Assembly (NCBI GenBank): GCA_964461235.1
Contig: CAYWUV010000009.1
Coordinates: forward strand, 21,392-85,391
DNA length: 64,000 nucleotides
Origin: an uncultured Bryobacterales bacterium
GTDB taxonomy: Bacteria > Acidobacteriota > Terriglobia > Bryobacterales > UBA6623
Direction: 5' to 3'
Part shown: positions 9,466 to 19,734 of the stretch, piece after piece
How the letters are laid out: every line of letters starts with the position of its first letter
Position numbering within the stretch: the stretch's first letter is position 1
Notes under the pieces: model-generated
Told to the model about the DNA's origin: nothing
Seen by the model: the letters and a program-made list of their open reading frames with translations, nothing else
The model's database searches: none
Position numbers and translations under genes: made by a program

Positions 9466-9936
9466 ATGAGGTTCGAAAAGGAGGCTCTAGTGCAGCGCGT
9501 TCGGGCAATGGCGGAACGAATCACCGCTTCCGAGGGCCTCGAACTCGTCGAGGCCGAATGGAAGGGGGGATCGCGCACGGGAATCCTGCGCGTCTTCATC
9601 GATAAGCCCGCCGGAATCACCCACGCGGACTGCGAGCGCGTGTCGCACCAACTGTCGGCCGCGCTCGACGTGGAGGATCTGGTTCCCGGCACGTACAACC
9701 TCGAAGTCTCGTCCCCCGGGCTCGACAGGAAGCTCTCGAAGCAGGCCGACTTCGAGCGCTTTGCCGGCCGCAAGGCGCGAGTACGCTTCGAGGAGCCGAT
9801 CCATGGCACGCGGCAGATCACGGGGCACATCGAGGGGAGTTCGGACGCAGCCGTTTCGTTGCGGACAGCCAACGGAGAGACGGTGGAGATCCCACTCGAG
9901 GACATCCAACAGGCCCGGCTGGTCATCGAGTTTTAG
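9466..9936 (+). CDS. rimP: Ribosome maturation factor RimP
   Basis: The track ORF 9268-9936 contains a RimP-like sequence from MRFEKEALVQRVRAMAERITASEGLELVEAEWKGGSRTGILRVFIDKP...LEVSSPGLDRKL. ATG is at 9466. An in-frame GTG at 9490, preceded by AAGGAGG (9477-9483), is an equally good or better start. Confidence 0.85.
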   Translation: MRFEKEALVQRVRAMAERITASEGLELVEAEWKGGSRTGILRVFIDKPAGITHADCERVSHQLSAALDVEDLVPGTYNLEVSSPGLDRKLSKQADFERFAGRKARVRFEEPIHGTRQITGHIEGSSDAAVSLRTANGETVEIPLEDIQQARLVIEF

Positions 9937-9968
9937 CGGACCACGGAAGGCCGGAGGTAACAGCAGAG

Positions 9969-11618
9969 ATGGCGCGGGGAATCTTCTCGGAAATCGAGCA
10001 GTTGAGCCAGTACAAAGGCATCAACGCGGAAGTCGTCCTCGATGCGGTCAAGGACGCCATGGTCGCGGCAGCCCGCCGGCACTACCGGACAGAGGAGGAT
10101 CTCGTCGCGGAGATCAACCCGAACACCGGAGGAATCGACGTGTACGCCGTCAAGGTTGTGACCGACCTCGTGGCAGACCCCGCCAGAGAGGTAAGCATCG
10201 CGCAGGCCCGCCGGCACGATCCCAAGGCCCGTCTCGGAGCAGAGATTCGCTTCAAGATGTCGACCGCGGGCATGGGCCACATCGCGGCCCAGATGGCCAA
10301 GCAGGTCATCTTCCAGAAGGTCCGGGAAGCCGAGCGGGAAACGATCTGCGCTGAATTCGAGGGCCGCGTGAACACGATGGAGTACTGCACGGTCAAGCGC
10401 ACCGAGGGCCAGGACGTGATCGTGGAGCTGGGCCGGACCGAGGCCCGGATGCCGCGCCGCGAGCAGTCCAGGCTGGAGAGCTTCATGCCGGGCGACCGGG
10501 TGCGCATAGTGATCAAGTCGGTCGAGAAGGCCGGGCGGGGCCCGGCGGTCATCGCCTCGCGCGCGAGCGAGGAACTCGTCAAGAGGCTCTTCGAGCAGGA
10601 AGTGCCGGAGATCTACGACAAGACCGTCGAGATCAAGGCCTGCGCGCGCGAGGCCGGGGAACGCACCAAGATCGCGGTTCAGTCCCGCGACCGCCAAGTC
10701 GACGCGGTCGGCGCTTGTGTCGGCATGAAGGGCATGCGCGTGCAGACTATCATCCGCGAGCTGCGCGGAGAGAAGATCGACATCATCGAGTACATCGAAG
10801 ACCCGATCGAGATGGTCCGATGGGCCATCAGCCCGGCGAAGGTCTCCCGCGTCAACGTAGTCGATCCGGACGAGCGCCACATGGAGGTGATCGTCGACGA
10901 GAGCCAGCTCTCGCTGGCCATCGGCAAGAAGGGCCAAAATGTCCGCCTGGCGGCGAAGCTGCTCGGCTGGCGCATCGACATCAAGGGCGAGGAGGAGAAG
11001 CGCAGGGAAATCGAGGAGGCCTACGCCGCGATCAGCGGTGGTGGGACGCCCATCAGCATGCTGCTGGGCTATGGACTCAGCGAGGGGCTGGTCGACAGGC
11101 TCAGCGAGTCCGGAGCGGTAACGGTGGAGTCCCTGGCGGACCGTACGCCGGAACAGATCATGGAGATTCCAGGCGTCGGCCCGGAACTGGTCGAAAGAAT
11201 CCGGCTGGCCGTCAGCCAGTGCTACTCGCACTTGGCCAGGACGGTGGGCGCTGTGCCGTCGGACGAGGAGGTGGTCGCCGCTACGGACGGCGTGGAGGCG
11301 CCTCCGGAAGACGAGCAGGACCCGGCGGAGGCGGCCCCGGCGGTGCTGCCCGGCGTTCCTGAGTCAGCTTCGCAAGAGGAGGAGGAGGAGGAGGAGGACC
11401 TCGACTTCGACGCGGAAGAACTGGAGGGCTTTGGTAGAATGAACCGGTATCGGGGACCCAGCTTGGATGCCGGATTCCCGCTCGAGGGGCGGGACGGGGG
11501 CCAGTCCGCCGCGGACGGCACGCCCGAAGCGGCCGGGACCAATTCGGATAGCGTGCCAGCAGGTGGCGAAGGGGCAGGCCAGCCGGGTGTAGAGGAGAAG
11601 AACGATTCGCATCAATGA
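9969..11618 (+). CDS. nusA: Transcription termination/antitermination factor NusA with acidic C-terminal tail
   Basis: 549 aa with an N-terminal NusA domain ([23 protein letters not shown]). S1/KH blocks: [89 protein letters not shown]. One HhH-like segment is followed by a low-complexity acidic tail. Confidence 0.95.
   Translation: MARGIFSEIEQLSQYKGINAEVVLDAVKDAMVAAARRHYRTEEDLVAEINPNTGGIDVYAVKVVTDLVADPAREVSIAQARRHDPKARLGAEIRFKMSTAGMGHIAAQMAKQVIFQKVREAERETICAEFEGRVNTMEYCTVKRTEGQDVIVELGRTEARMPRREQSRLESFMPGDRVRIVIKSVEKAGRGPAVIASRASEELVKRLFEQEVPEIYDKTVEIKACAREAGERTKIAVQSRDRQVDAVGACVGMKGMRVQTIIRELRGEKIDIIEYIEDPIEMVRWAISPAKVSRVNVVDPDERHMEVIVDESQLSLAIGKKGQNVRLAAKLLGWRIDIKGEEEKRREIEEAYAAISGGGTPISMLLGYGLSEGLVDRLSESGAVTVESLADRTPEQIMEIPGVGPELVERIRLAVSQCYSHLARTVGAVPSDEEVVAATDGVEAPPEDEQDPAEAAPAVLPGVPESASQEEEEEEEDLDFDAEELEGFGRMNRYRGPSLDAGFPLEGRDGGQSAADGTPEAAGTNSDSVPAGGEGAGQPGVEEKNDSHQ
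11376..11396 (+). repeat. (GAG)7 trinucleotide run encoding E7 in the NusA tail
   Basis: gaggaggaggaggaggaggag at 11376-11396, translating to [13 protein letters not shown]. Confidence 0.9.
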
Positions 11619-14600
11619 GCTAGCGCGGGAGCTGGAAGTCAAGTCCAAGGAGATCATTCAGATTCTCCAGGACATGGATGGAGACGAGACTAGGTCCCAT
11701 TCCAGTTCGTTGGAGCCCGCACAGGCAGAGATCGTTCGAGACCGGATCCGGCAGCGGAAGAAGAAGGATCCTCATCCGCCCGTGGCCGAACTCGAACTGC
11801 CCCTACCGAAACGGGCCCGAGTCTCAGCCGGGCGCGTCGCGCCTCGGCTCAGCCGTGGTACCGCTGCGTCTGTGCCGTCGATTCGGGCAACCCCCGCCGG
11901 AAGCCACTTCCGGCCTCCGGTCCGGACATTCCGGCCCCCGGTGGCCCCGAAGAAGCCATTCGCCGATCCAGCGGCCGCCGCTGAGGCGGGCCAAGAAGAG
12001 GCCCCGACGGCGGTGGCTCCGCCGGTCGCGGCACAGCCGCCCGTCGTTCCGCCGCTGCAGCCGAAATCCAAACCTGAAAAGGCAACCCGCGTATCAGACC
12101 TCCGGGACCCCGACTTGGACAAACCCGAACCTCCTTCGATCGCCGCAATGGGCCCCGAGGTCGAGCGGCCCAATATCAATTTGTTGCCCGGTCGGCCGCG
12201 GGTAGCCAAGGTCCCTCTCGAAGGACCGGCTCCGGCGATTCCCACTCCAACCGTCCAGCGGGCCGATCCCTCCTCAACCCCCGAGACGGCAGCCGCCGGT
12301 GCCGGTGCCGCTCTCCCGCCTGTGGCGACGACAACGGAGCCCGCTGCAGCCTCGCCGGCTACGGAGTCCCCGAAGATTCAGCAGGCGACTCCACCGCTCG
12401 TGCCGTCCCGTTCCCCGGGCCCTCCCAGACCACCAACGTCACCGCCCAGACCTGTGCGGCCGGTGGTCGTTCCCGGAACGCCGCAGCCGGGGCGCCCTCT
12501 CACCAAGAGGGTCCGCCCGCCCGTGCCGGTCCGACCGCTGAGTCCCCCAAGGCCTCGGGTCCGCCCGGGGGCGTCGGCGGTTCAGGCAGCACGGGCGCAA
12601 CCGGCGCGTTCCAACGTGCTCGTACCGGGCCGGCCGCTGGTTCAGCGGCGGGTCAAGGCGGCACCGATGCCGGGCATCCCCGCACCGACGCCAGGGCAGC
12701 CGGCTGGCTTCATGCCGCGCCCGGGTCCGGGGCGAGGCATGCGGCCGCCCGTTCCGGGACGCCCGCCAGGGCGCGGGCCTGGACCCGGCAAGGGTCCTCC
12801 CGGGCAGCGACGCCCGAGGCCGCCCCAGCAGCGCAAGCGAGATCTCGAAGCACTGGCAGAGAGCAGGATCCAGCAGCGCAAGCGGAAAGCTGAAGTTCCG
12901 AAAGCGACCAATGCGGAGGTCTTCGCCTCCGACGGCACCACTGTCAAGGAACTGTCCGAAAAGCTCGGCATCAAGGCGAGCCAGGTCATCAAGCACCTGG
13001 TCGAGCAGGGGCAGTTCGCAACCATCAACCAGCCTCTGGAACTGGACGGCATCAAGGAAATCGCCTCGTATTTCGGCGCTACCGCGACGGAACTGACACT
13101 CGAGGAGGAAGCGGTCCTCGACGTCGATCAGGAAGAGGCCCTGGAGGACATCGAGATCCGTCCCCCCGTCGTCACGGTGATGGGACATGTCGACCACGGC
13201 AAGACCTCCCTGCTGGACGCGATCAGGGCCACGAACGTGGCGGCACGGGAGGCCGGAGGAATCACCCAAGCTATCGGCGCGTACCATATCGTCCAGGACG
13301 ACAAGCGGATTGTCTTCATCGACACGCCGGGTCACGAAGCCTTCACCAAGATGCGCGCCCACGGTGCCTCCGTCACTGACATCGTGGTGCTCGTGGTCGC
13401 CGCGGATGACGGAGTGATGCCGCAGACGATCGAGGCAATCGACCATGCCAGGGCCGCGAACGTGCCGATCATCGTCGCGGTGAACAAGATCGACGTGCCG
13501 AAAGCCCAGCCCGACAGGGTCCGGCAGCAGCTGTCGGATCGGGGCCTGGTGCCCGAAGACTGGGGCGGGGACACCATCTTCTGCCCGGTCTCGGCCAAGA
13601 CCCACGAGGGCATCGAGAACCTGCTGGAGATGATCAACCTGGTCGCGGACGTGCGGGAATTCAAGGCCAACCCGGCGCGCAGCGCGATCGGCGTGGTGCT
13701 GGAGGCCAAGCTCGACCGCGGCATGGGTCCCGTTGCAACAGTGCTTACGCAGAACGGCACGCTCCACGTCGGGGACACGTTCGTGGTTGGATCGGTCCTC
13801 GGCAAGGTCCGGGCCCTGATGGACGACCGGGGCAAGAAGGTTAAGGAAGCGGGGCCGTCATCAGCTGTGGTGGTGCTCGGCCTTGGAGACCTAGCCGAGC
13901 CTGGCGACCAGTTGTCCGTGATCGCCGACACGGATCGGGCCAAGAAGATCGTCGAGTACCGCGAGGAGAAGGCTCGCGAGCAGGCGATGGCCCAGACAGC
14001 CCGGCTGTCGCTGGAACAGTTCCAGGAACAGCTTGCGGCCGGTCGCGCCAAGGAACTGTCGATCATCCTCAAGGCGGACTTCCAAGGGTCGGCAACCGTC
14101 CTCCAAGACACCCTCGCGAAGCTTACAAGCGACAAGGTCAAGGTCCGAGTCATTCATTCCGGCGTGGGGGCCATCAAGGAGTCGGACATTCTGCTCGCCA
14201 TTACTGCCTCGGCAATCGTGGTTGGATTCAACGTTCGCCCGGAACGATCTGCGGCATCCCTGGCAGAGCGCGAAGGCATCGACATCCGACTGCACACCGT
14301 CATCTACGAACTCGTGGACGAACTCAAGAGGGCCTTGGCGGGCCTGCTCGAGCCGATTCGCAAGGAAGAGTTCCTGGGACGCGCGCGTGTCCTCGAAGTC
14401 TTCAACATCACCAACGTTGGCACGGTCGCGGGCTGTCTGCTGGAAGAAGGGGTGGCGCTCAGCAACGCGTCGGCCCGCCTGTTGCGGGACAACGTAGTCG
14501 TCCATACGGGACGGCTGGACTCGCTGAAACGGTTCAAGGAAAACGTGAAGGAAGTCCGTGCCGGGCAGGAATGCGGCATCCACTTCGAACGGTATAACGA

Positions 14601-14679
14601 TGTCAAGAAGAGCGACGAGATCGAACTCTTCAAGACGATCGAGATCGCCCAGGACATCAACGAGCTGATCCCGGTCTGA
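11605..14679 (+). CDS. infB: Translation initiation factor IF-2; start proposed at non-canonical ATT 11605 (ORF-track ATG is 11674)
   Basis: GTPase core: [29 protein letters not shown]. The C-terminal domains are intact and there is a long Pro-rich linker. The frame upstream of the 11674 ATG encodes the IF2_N-type helix [23 protein letters not shown]. That frame is open only back to the TAG at 11590-11592, with no ATG/GTG/TTG in between. GGAG at 11594-11597 lies 7 nt before the ATT at 11605. Confidence 0.9.
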   Translation: MRINELARELEVKSKEIIQILQDMDGDETRSHSSSLEPAQAEIVRDRIRQRKKKDPHPPVAELELPLPKRARVSAGRVAPRLSRGTAASVPSIRATPAGSHFRPPVRTFRPPVAPKKPFADPAAAAEAGQEEAPTAVAPPVAAQPPVVPPLQPKSKPEKATRVSDLRDPDLDKPEPPSIAAMGPEVERPNINLLPGRPRVAKVPLEGPAPAIPTPTVQRADPSSTPETAAAGAGAALPPVATTTEPAAASPATESPKIQQATPPLVPSRSPGPPRPPTSPPRPVRPVVVPGTPQPGRPLTKRVRPPVPVRPLSPPRPRVRPGASAVQAARAQPARSNVLVPGRPLVQRRVKAAPMPGIPAPTPGQPAGFMPRPGPGRGMRPPVPGRPPGRGPGPGKGPPGQRRPRPPQQRKRDLEALAESRIQQRKRKAEVPKATNAEVFASDGTTVKELSEKLGIKASQVIKHLVEQGQFATINQPLELDGIKEIASYFGATATELTLEEEAVLDVDQEEALEDIEIRPPVVTVMGHVDHGKTSLLDAIRATNVAAREAGGITQAIGAYHIVQDDKRIVFIDTPGHEAFTKMRAHGASVTDIVVLVVAADDGVMPQTIEAIDHARAANVPIIVAVNKIDVPKAQPDRVRQQLSDRGLVPEDWGGDTIFCPVSAKTHEGIENLLEMINLVADVREFKANPARSAIGVVLEAKLDRGMGPVATVLTQNGTLHVGDTFVVGSVLGKVRALMDDRGKKVKEAGPSSAVVVLGLGDLAEPGDQLSVIADTDRAKKIVEYREEKAREQAMAQTARLSLEQFQEQLAAGRAKELSIILKADFQGSATVLQDTLAKLTSDKVKVRVIHSGVGAIKESDILLAITASAIVVGFNVRPERSAASLAEREGIDIRLHTVIYELVDELKRALAGLLEPIRKEEFLGRARVLEVFNITNVGTVAGCLLEEGVALSNASARLLRDNVVVHTGRLDSLKRFKENVKEVRAGQECGIHFERYNDVKKSDEIELFKTIEIAQDINELIPV

Positions 14680-14781
14680 TGCCGGCGGGCTCCCGGGCCA
14701 ACCGGGGCGCAGCGCCAATCCACGGAAGGGTACGGCGGAAGGGCCGGACCACAGGCGTCGGGAAGGGGCAGAGCGGTTACC

Positions 14782-15075
14782 TTGGGATTCGTCATCGGCA
14801 CGTTGACCCTCCACATTCGCCTCGAGCATTCCCATTCGCTCAAGGACAAGCGTCAGGTTCTGCGATCGCTGAAGGACCGCCTGAAGAAGCGGCACAATGT
14901 CGCCGTGGCCGAAGTCGACCATCCGGACAGCTGGCGGGACTCGGTTGTCGTGGCGGCGGCCGTTGCCACGTCGGAAGCCGGCGCGCGACGCGTGCTTGAC
15001 GCGGTTCGGAACGACGCTCTGCAGATCCTGGGCAGGGACCTTTTCGACGCGGGGATCGACATCCTGGAGCCGTGA
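14782..15075 (+). CDS. DUF503 (YlxP-like) protein
   Basis: 97 aa, sequence (M)GFVIGTLTLHIRLEHSHSLKDKRQVLRSLKDRLKKRHNVAVAEVDHPDSW... This is the typical DUF503 pattern, and the position directly after infB matches the Firmicutes ylxP arrangement. Confidence 0.75.
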   Translation: MGFVIGTLTLHIRLEHSHSLKDKRQVLRSLKDRLKKRHNVAVAEVDHPDSWRDSVVVAAAVATSEAGARRVLDAVRNDALQILGRDLFDAGIDILEP

Positions 15076-15288
15076 GCCGAGTGTGGGGGTGCCCATGCCC
15101 GAGCGTCCGAGACACGGTACCCGGCAATGATCGGTCAGAGCCGCTCGCAGTTGCTGGCAAGCCTCACAGATGCCCCTCGCACGGCAGTCGATGTGATAGG
15201 CTATGCCGGGTTGGATGCTAGGCAGCAGCCGATCTAACCGAGCGCCGTGTTCGGAGCCCTCCCGAAGAGCCGTGCGACGGGGCAGCGA

Positions 15289-16149
15289 ATGCCGGTAGTG
15301 GACGTCGCCGGACTGACCTTCACCTACCCGTCGGGGATGAGTCCCGCTGTGCGGGACCTGAATTTCCGCATCGACGCCGGCGAAGTCTTTGGTTTTCTGG
15401 GGCCGAACGGGGCGGGCAAGTCCACCACCCAGAAGGTTCTCATCGGCTTGCTGCGGGGCTATAAGGGCGCCATCTCGGCACTGGGTCGCGACCTCGCGGA
15501 CTGGGGAGCCGATTACTACGAGCAGATCGGCGTCTCGTTCGAACTGCCCAACCACTACCTTCGGCTGACCGGCCTGGAGAATCTGAGCTATTTCCGGGCT
15601 CTGTACCGGGGACAGACCCGAAGGCCGGAAGCGCTGCTCGATCTTGTGGGCCTGGCGGATGACGGCGGGCGTCTCGTTTCGGAGTATTCCAAGGGGATGA
15701 AGACGCGCCTAGGCGTCGCGCGTGCCTTGCTCAATGACCCCCAATTGGTCTTCCTGGACGAACCGACCATGGGGCTCGATCCTGTCAGCGGGAGACGCAT
15801 CCGGAGTCTGATCCGGGAGATGAAGGAGGCCGGGCGCACGGTCTTCCTGACCACGCACGACATGACGGTGGCCGACGAGCTGTGCGATCGCGTGGCCTTC
15901 ATCGTCAACGGGGAGATCGGCATCGTCGAATCGCCGCACAAGCTGAAACTGGCACACGGCGCACGGAAGGTCGCAGTGGAACACGCACTCCACGGCAGAC
16001 CCGGGAGAACCGAGTTTCCGCTAGACGGTATCGGTGCCAACGCCAAGTTCCTGGCCTTGCTGCGTGAGGTCGAAATCCAAACGATCCACTCGCAGGAAGC
16101 GACGCTTGAGGACGTCTTCGTACGCGTTACGGGACGCAGCCTGCACTGA
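15289..16149 (+). CDS. ABC transporter ATP-binding protein (ABC-2/drug-export type)
   Basis: Walker A GPNGAGKST, signature YSKGMKTRLGVA, Walker B LVFLDEPTMGLD, H-loop TTHDM. The start is either the ATG at 15289 or the upstream 15247 given in the ORF track. Confidence 0.9.
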   Translation: MPVVDVAGLTFTYPSGMSPAVRDLNFRIDAGEVFGFLGPNGAGKSTTQKVLIGLLRGYKGAISALGRDLADWGADYYEQIGVSFELPNHYLRLTGLENLSYFRALYRGQTRRPEALLDLVGLADDGGRLVSEYSKGMKTRLGVARALLNDPQLVFLDEPTMGLDPVSGRRIRSLIREMKEAGRTVFLTTHDMTVADELCDRVAFIVNGEIGIVESPHKLKLAHGARKVAVEHALHGRPGRTEFPLDGIGANAKFLALLREVEIQTIHSQEATLEDVFVRVTGRSLH

Positions 16150-16153
16150 ACCG

Positions 16154-16858
16154 ATGGGCAGATTGGCAGCGACCCTGCGGCTGGACCTCCGGCTGCAGTT
16201 GCGGAACGGCTTCTACTACGCGGTGGCTTTCGTGCTCGCCTGCTGGTTCGTCCTGCTCACCCGCCTCCCATCGGTCGACTGGGCCTACCTACTGCCGGTA
16301 TTCGTGTTCGGCAACCTGGTGATGGTCAACTTCTACTTCGTGGCGGGCCTCGTATTGCTCGAGAAGGCCGAAGAAACACTCGAGGCCCAGGTTGTGACAC
16401 CGCTGTCGAGCTGGGAATACCTTGTCTCAAAGACGGTAACGCTGACGGCCCTTTCCCTGATTGAGCAGGTCATCATTGTGTGGTCGGCACATGGCTCGCG
16501 CTTCGCTGGAGGTCCGCTGTTGAGCGGAATCGTGCTAGCGGCATTCCTATACACGCTGACGGGGTTCCTTCTTGTGGTCCGGTACGACTCGATCAACGAA
16601 TACCTCCTTCCCTCGGTACTGTTCACGATCGTTCTTTCGCTTCCAGTTCTCGGCTACTTCGGCCTCTGGGACTCGTGGCTGCTCTATCTCCATCCCTTTT
16701 CGGCACCGCTCGTGCTGCTGGCCGGTGCGTTCGGCCCGATTCCACCATGGCAATGGGTTTACGGGATACTCTATTCCGCTGCCTGGACCGCAATTCTCCT
16801 GCTGGCCTCCCGCCGAGCCTTCGATCGCTTCATCGTGATCCGGAAGGGAAGCCGCTGA
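16154..16858 (+). CDS. ABC-2-type transporter permease (first of two)
   Basis: The internal ATG at 16154 (MGRLAATLRLDLRLQLRNGFYYAVAFVL...) lies 5 nt after the ATPase stop. The protein has six hydrophobic segments. The upstream part of track ORF 16034-16858 overlaps the ATPase gene. Confidence 0.75.
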   Translation: MGRLAATLRLDLRLQLRNGFYYAVAFVLACWFVLLTRLPSVDWAYLLPVFVFGNLVMVNFYFVAGLVLLEKAEETLEAQVVTPLSSWEYLVSKTVTLTALSLIEQVIIVWSAHGSRFAGGPLLSGIVLAAFLYTLTGFLLVVRYDSINEYLLPSVLFTIVLSLPVLGYFGLWDSWLLYLHPFSAPLVLLAGAFGPIPPWQWVYGILYSAAWTAILLLASRRAFDRFIVIRKGSR

Positions 16859-17598
16859 TGCCGACGGCGATCGCCGTGATCCGGGCTCTCGGTCCGGTCG
16901 ACCTCAAGAGCGTCGCAAGAGACAGTCTGCTGCGCTGGTTGATCGCCGTGCCGATCGTCTTCGCCCTCCTGTTCCGGTGGGGTGTCCCGGCCGTCACCGA
17001 TTGGCTCGGGGAACGCTACGAGTTCGACCTCGCTCCCTACTATCCGCTTCTGACCAGCTTTCTCGTACTCATGGTCCCGACAATGCTGGGGGCGGCGGTG
17101 GGTTTTCTACTTCTGGATCAGCGGGACGATCGCACTCTCACCGCGTTACAGGTCACCCCCCTGACGGTCGAGGGATACCTTGTCTACCGCACAGCCATCC
17201 CAATGGCCGTAAGCGTACCCGTAATGATGGCGAGCATAGCGATCGCCGATCTGGTGACAATCGGTGTCTTCCCGGCGCTCGCCGCCGCCGTCCAAGCGGC
17301 TCCCGTGACACCGCTTTACGCCCTGTTCGTTGGCGCGTTCGCAGCGAACAAGGTACAGGGATTCGCACTGCTGAAGGGAGCCGGCGTCTTGACCTGGCCG
17401 CCGATCATGGCTTGGTTCGTCTCGTCGCCCTGGCAACTGGCAATCGGGATCGACCCCTTGTACTGGCCGCTCAAACTGTTTTGGATGCTGGAGTCCGGCT
17501 CGACTTCTACGTGGCCCTACTTCCTGGGCGGCCTCACCTACCAGTCGCTCCTGATCGTCGTCCTGCTGAACCGCTTCAAGCACGCGATCTCTCGATAG
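16858..17598 (+). CDS. ABC-2-type transporter permease (second of two)
   Basis: The ATG at 16858 overlaps the previous TGA (TGATG, 16856-16860). Sequence MPTAIAVIRALGPVDLKSVARDSLLRWLIAVPIVFALLF..., with multiple TM segments. The ATPase-plus-two-permeases layout recalls the mycobacterial Rv2688c-2686c exporter arrangement. Confidence 0.7.
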   Translation: MPTAIAVIRALGPVDLKSVARDSLLRWLIAVPIVFALLFRWGVPAVTDWLGERYEFDLAPYYPLLTSFLVLMVPTMLGAAVGFLLLDQRDDRTLTALQVTPLTVEGYLVYRTAIPMAVSVPVMMASIAIADLVTIGVFPALAAAVQAAPVTPLYALFVGAFAANKVQGFALLKGAGVLTWPPIMAWFVSSPWQLAIGIDPLYWPLKLFWMLESGSTSTWPYFLGGLTYQSLLIVVLLNRFKHAISR

Positions 17599-17958
17599 TC
17601 AACAGGGTTCAGCGACCGGTTTGGGAACTGTCAAGGCAATTCGAAAAGCGAGAGCCGCCGGTCCTCGTCGAAATGCGAGGCTATTGAGTGCGGGCCGGAT
17701 GTGCGGGGCATCTCGCCGACATTCCAAACGTCCGCTTGCAGGGCTTCCGCGCATCGCCGTCCGCCCCCTCGACTTTCGTCCGGGCCGAAGTCTCCAAGCC
17801 CCTCCAACATCCTCCGCCGTGACGGACAGGCCCCTGGTCGCCATGCACCGGGCTCTCAGCTCACCCTCTGTCCACCATAATGCAGGCGAGGAGCGAGGGA
17901 GGCCTGTACTGTGCCCCACTGGAGATTGCCACAGAATAGGAGTGCTCGAGCAACTCTG

Positions 17959-19716
17959 ATGCATACCTCGAAACCCATGGCGAACTCGCAACGGCCTCTG
18001 GTCCGACCACCTGACATGCTCACCCTCAAGTTGCGGCGCGTGAACCGACCAGCTGGCCCATTCTGTGCTGTGCTGCTCGCGATCCTGACACTGCACTCCG
18101 GAGGCTGCACTGGGGGACCAGCCCCGGAAGCCGCGGAAACCTTTGATTTGGTGGTTTACGGAGGGACGTCGGCCGGCGTCACCGCCGCTGTACAAGCCCG
18201 CCGGATGGGCCGCTCTGTCGTTCTGGTGGCTCCGGAGCGCCACCTCGGAGGCCTGTCCTCCGGAGGACTCGGATGGACGGATACGGGCAACAAGGCCGTG
18301 ATCGGCGGCCTTGCCCGCGAGTTCTACCACCGCATCTGGGAGCACTACGAGACCCCCGACGCTTGGAGGTGGCAGAACCGAGAGGAATACGGCAACCGCG
18401 GCCAAGGCACGCCCGCCGTCGACGGAGAGCAGCGGACGATGTGGATCTTCGAGCCACATGTGGCGGAGAAGGTCTTCGAGGACCTCATCGAGGAACACGG
18501 AGTCGACGTGCGGCGCGAGGAATGGCTGGATCGCGAGCACGGAGTGGCTCAGGAGGGCCGCCGCATCCGCAGCATCACGACTCTCAGTGGGTCCACCTTC
18601 GCCGGATCAGCCTTCATCGATGCGACCTACGAAGGGGACCTCATGGCGGCGGCGAGCGTCTCGTACCGGGTGGGACGCGAAGGGACGGGTGCCTTCGGCG
18701 AGGAATGGGCCGGAGTGCAGAAGGATGCTCGCCACCATCGCCACTTCTTCCCCGCCGGAGTGGACCCGTATGTCGTCCCGGGCGATCCCTCAAGCGGTCT
18801 GCTGCCCCGCATCAGTCCGGATCCACCAGGCGAGAACGGGCAAGGCGATCATCGGGTTCAGGCGTACTGCTTCCGGATGTGCCTCACGAGGGTGCCCGAG
18901 AACCGGGTGCCGTTCGCCAAGCCGGCCGATTACGACCCGCGACAGTACGAACTACTGGTGCGGGTTCTTGACACGGGCTGGCGGGAGACCTTCCGGAAGT
19001 TCGACCCGATCCCGAACGCCAAGACAGACACCAACAATCACGGCCCCTTCAGCACTGACAACATCGGCATGAACTACGAGTATCCGGAGGGTTCCTACGA
19101 GGTCCGGGACCGGATTGTCCGGGAGCACGCTACCTACCAGCAGGGCCTGCTCTACTTCCTGGCCAACGATCCCCGCGTTCCGGAGGACGTTCGCGACGAA
19201 TTCGCCCAGTGGGGCCTTACCCGCGATGAGTTCACCGACAACGGGAACTGGCCCCACCAGATTTATGTCCGGGAGGCCCGTCGGCTGGAGGGCGAATTCG
19301 TAATGACCGAGCACGAGTGCCTCGCCAAGCGGGAGGTACCTCAACCGGTCGGCATGGGCTCGTATGCCATGGACTCCCACAACGTGCAGCGCTACGTCAC
19401 AGACGAGGGATTCGTGCAGAACGAAGGGGACATCGGTGTACGTCCGCTGCGCCCGTACGGAATCGCCTACGGCTCGCTGACTCCGAAACGGGAAGAGGTG
19501 ACGAACCTGCTGGTCCCGGTCTGCGTCTCCTCGTCACACATCGCGTACGGATCGATCCGCATGGAACCGGTGTTCATGATCCTGGGTCAGTCCGCTGCGA
19601 CGGCAGCGGTACTCGCGATCCAGCATGGGATTCCCGTTCAGGACGTGAATTACGGCGAACTGCGCGCCCGGCTAACGGAGGACGGCCAGGTCCTGGAGTT
19701 CACGCCCCCGCAGTGA
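17959..19716 (+). CDS. FAD-dependent oxidoreductase (FAD_oxidored family, often annotated 'xanthan lyase-like'), exported
   Basis: Dinucleotide-binding N-terminus FDLVVYGGTSAGVTAAVQARRMGRSVVLVAPERHLGGLSSGGLG, after a signal or lipoprotein-like segment (AVLLAILTLHSGGCTG). The ORF track starts at 17911. ATGs at 17959, 17977 and 18016 are all possible starts. Confidence 0.6.
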   Translation: MHTSKPMANSQRPLVRPPDMLTLKLRRVNRPAGPFCAVLLAILTLHSGGCTGGPAPEAAETFDLVVYGGTSAGVTAAVQARRMGRSVVLVAPERHLGGLSSGGLGWTDTGNKAVIGGLAREFYHRIWEHYETPDAWRWQNREEYGNRGQGTPAVDGEQRTMWIFEPHVAEKVFEDLIEEHGVDVRREEWLDREHGVAQEGRRIRSITTLSGSTFAGSAFIDATYEGDLMAAASVSYRVGREGTGAFGEEWAGVQKDARHHRHFFPAGVDPYVVPGDPSSGLLPRISPDPPGENGQGDHRVQAYCFRMCLTRVPENRVPFAKPADYDPRQYELLVRVLDTGWRETFRKFDPIPNAKTDTNNHGPFSTDNIGMNYEYPEGSYEVRDRIVREHATYQQGLLYFLANDPRVPEDVRDEFAQWGLTRDEFTDNGNWPHQIYVREARRLEGEFVMTEHECLAKREVPQPVGMGSYAMDSHNVQRYVTDEGFVQNEGDIGVRPLRPYGIAYGSLTPKREEVTNLLVPVCVSSSHIAYGSIRMEPVFMILGQSAATAAVLAIQHGIPVQDVNYGELRARLTEDGQVLEFTPPQ

Positions 19717-19734
19717 CCAGATCGGGAGGCCGCA

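Noticed and set aside
9933-11231. Long antisense ORFs opposite well-identified genes. Examples: 9933-11231(-) opposite nusA, 12439-13767(-) and 13891-15555(-) opposite infB, 4858-5991(-) opposite DUF1552/ankyrin, 49047-50516(+) opposite the ceramidase-like gene, 54931-55986(+) opposite alaS, and 17599-18540(-) opposite the FAD oxidoreductase.
   Set aside because: Their translations are Arg/Gly/Pro/Ala-rich and low in complexity, with no recognisable motifs. The opposite strand carries unambiguous conserved proteins. Long open antisense frames are expected in DNA this GC-rich.
11376-11396. (GAG)7 and other short low-complexity repeats, such as the Pro-codon run near 3620 and the Pro-rich IF-2 linker at 11.8-12.9 kb, considered as CRISPR, VNTR or contingency loci.
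   Set aside because: They are in-frame codon repeats encoding acidic or proline-rich linkers typical of these proteins. There is no spacer/repeat periodicity. Slippage would stay in frame.
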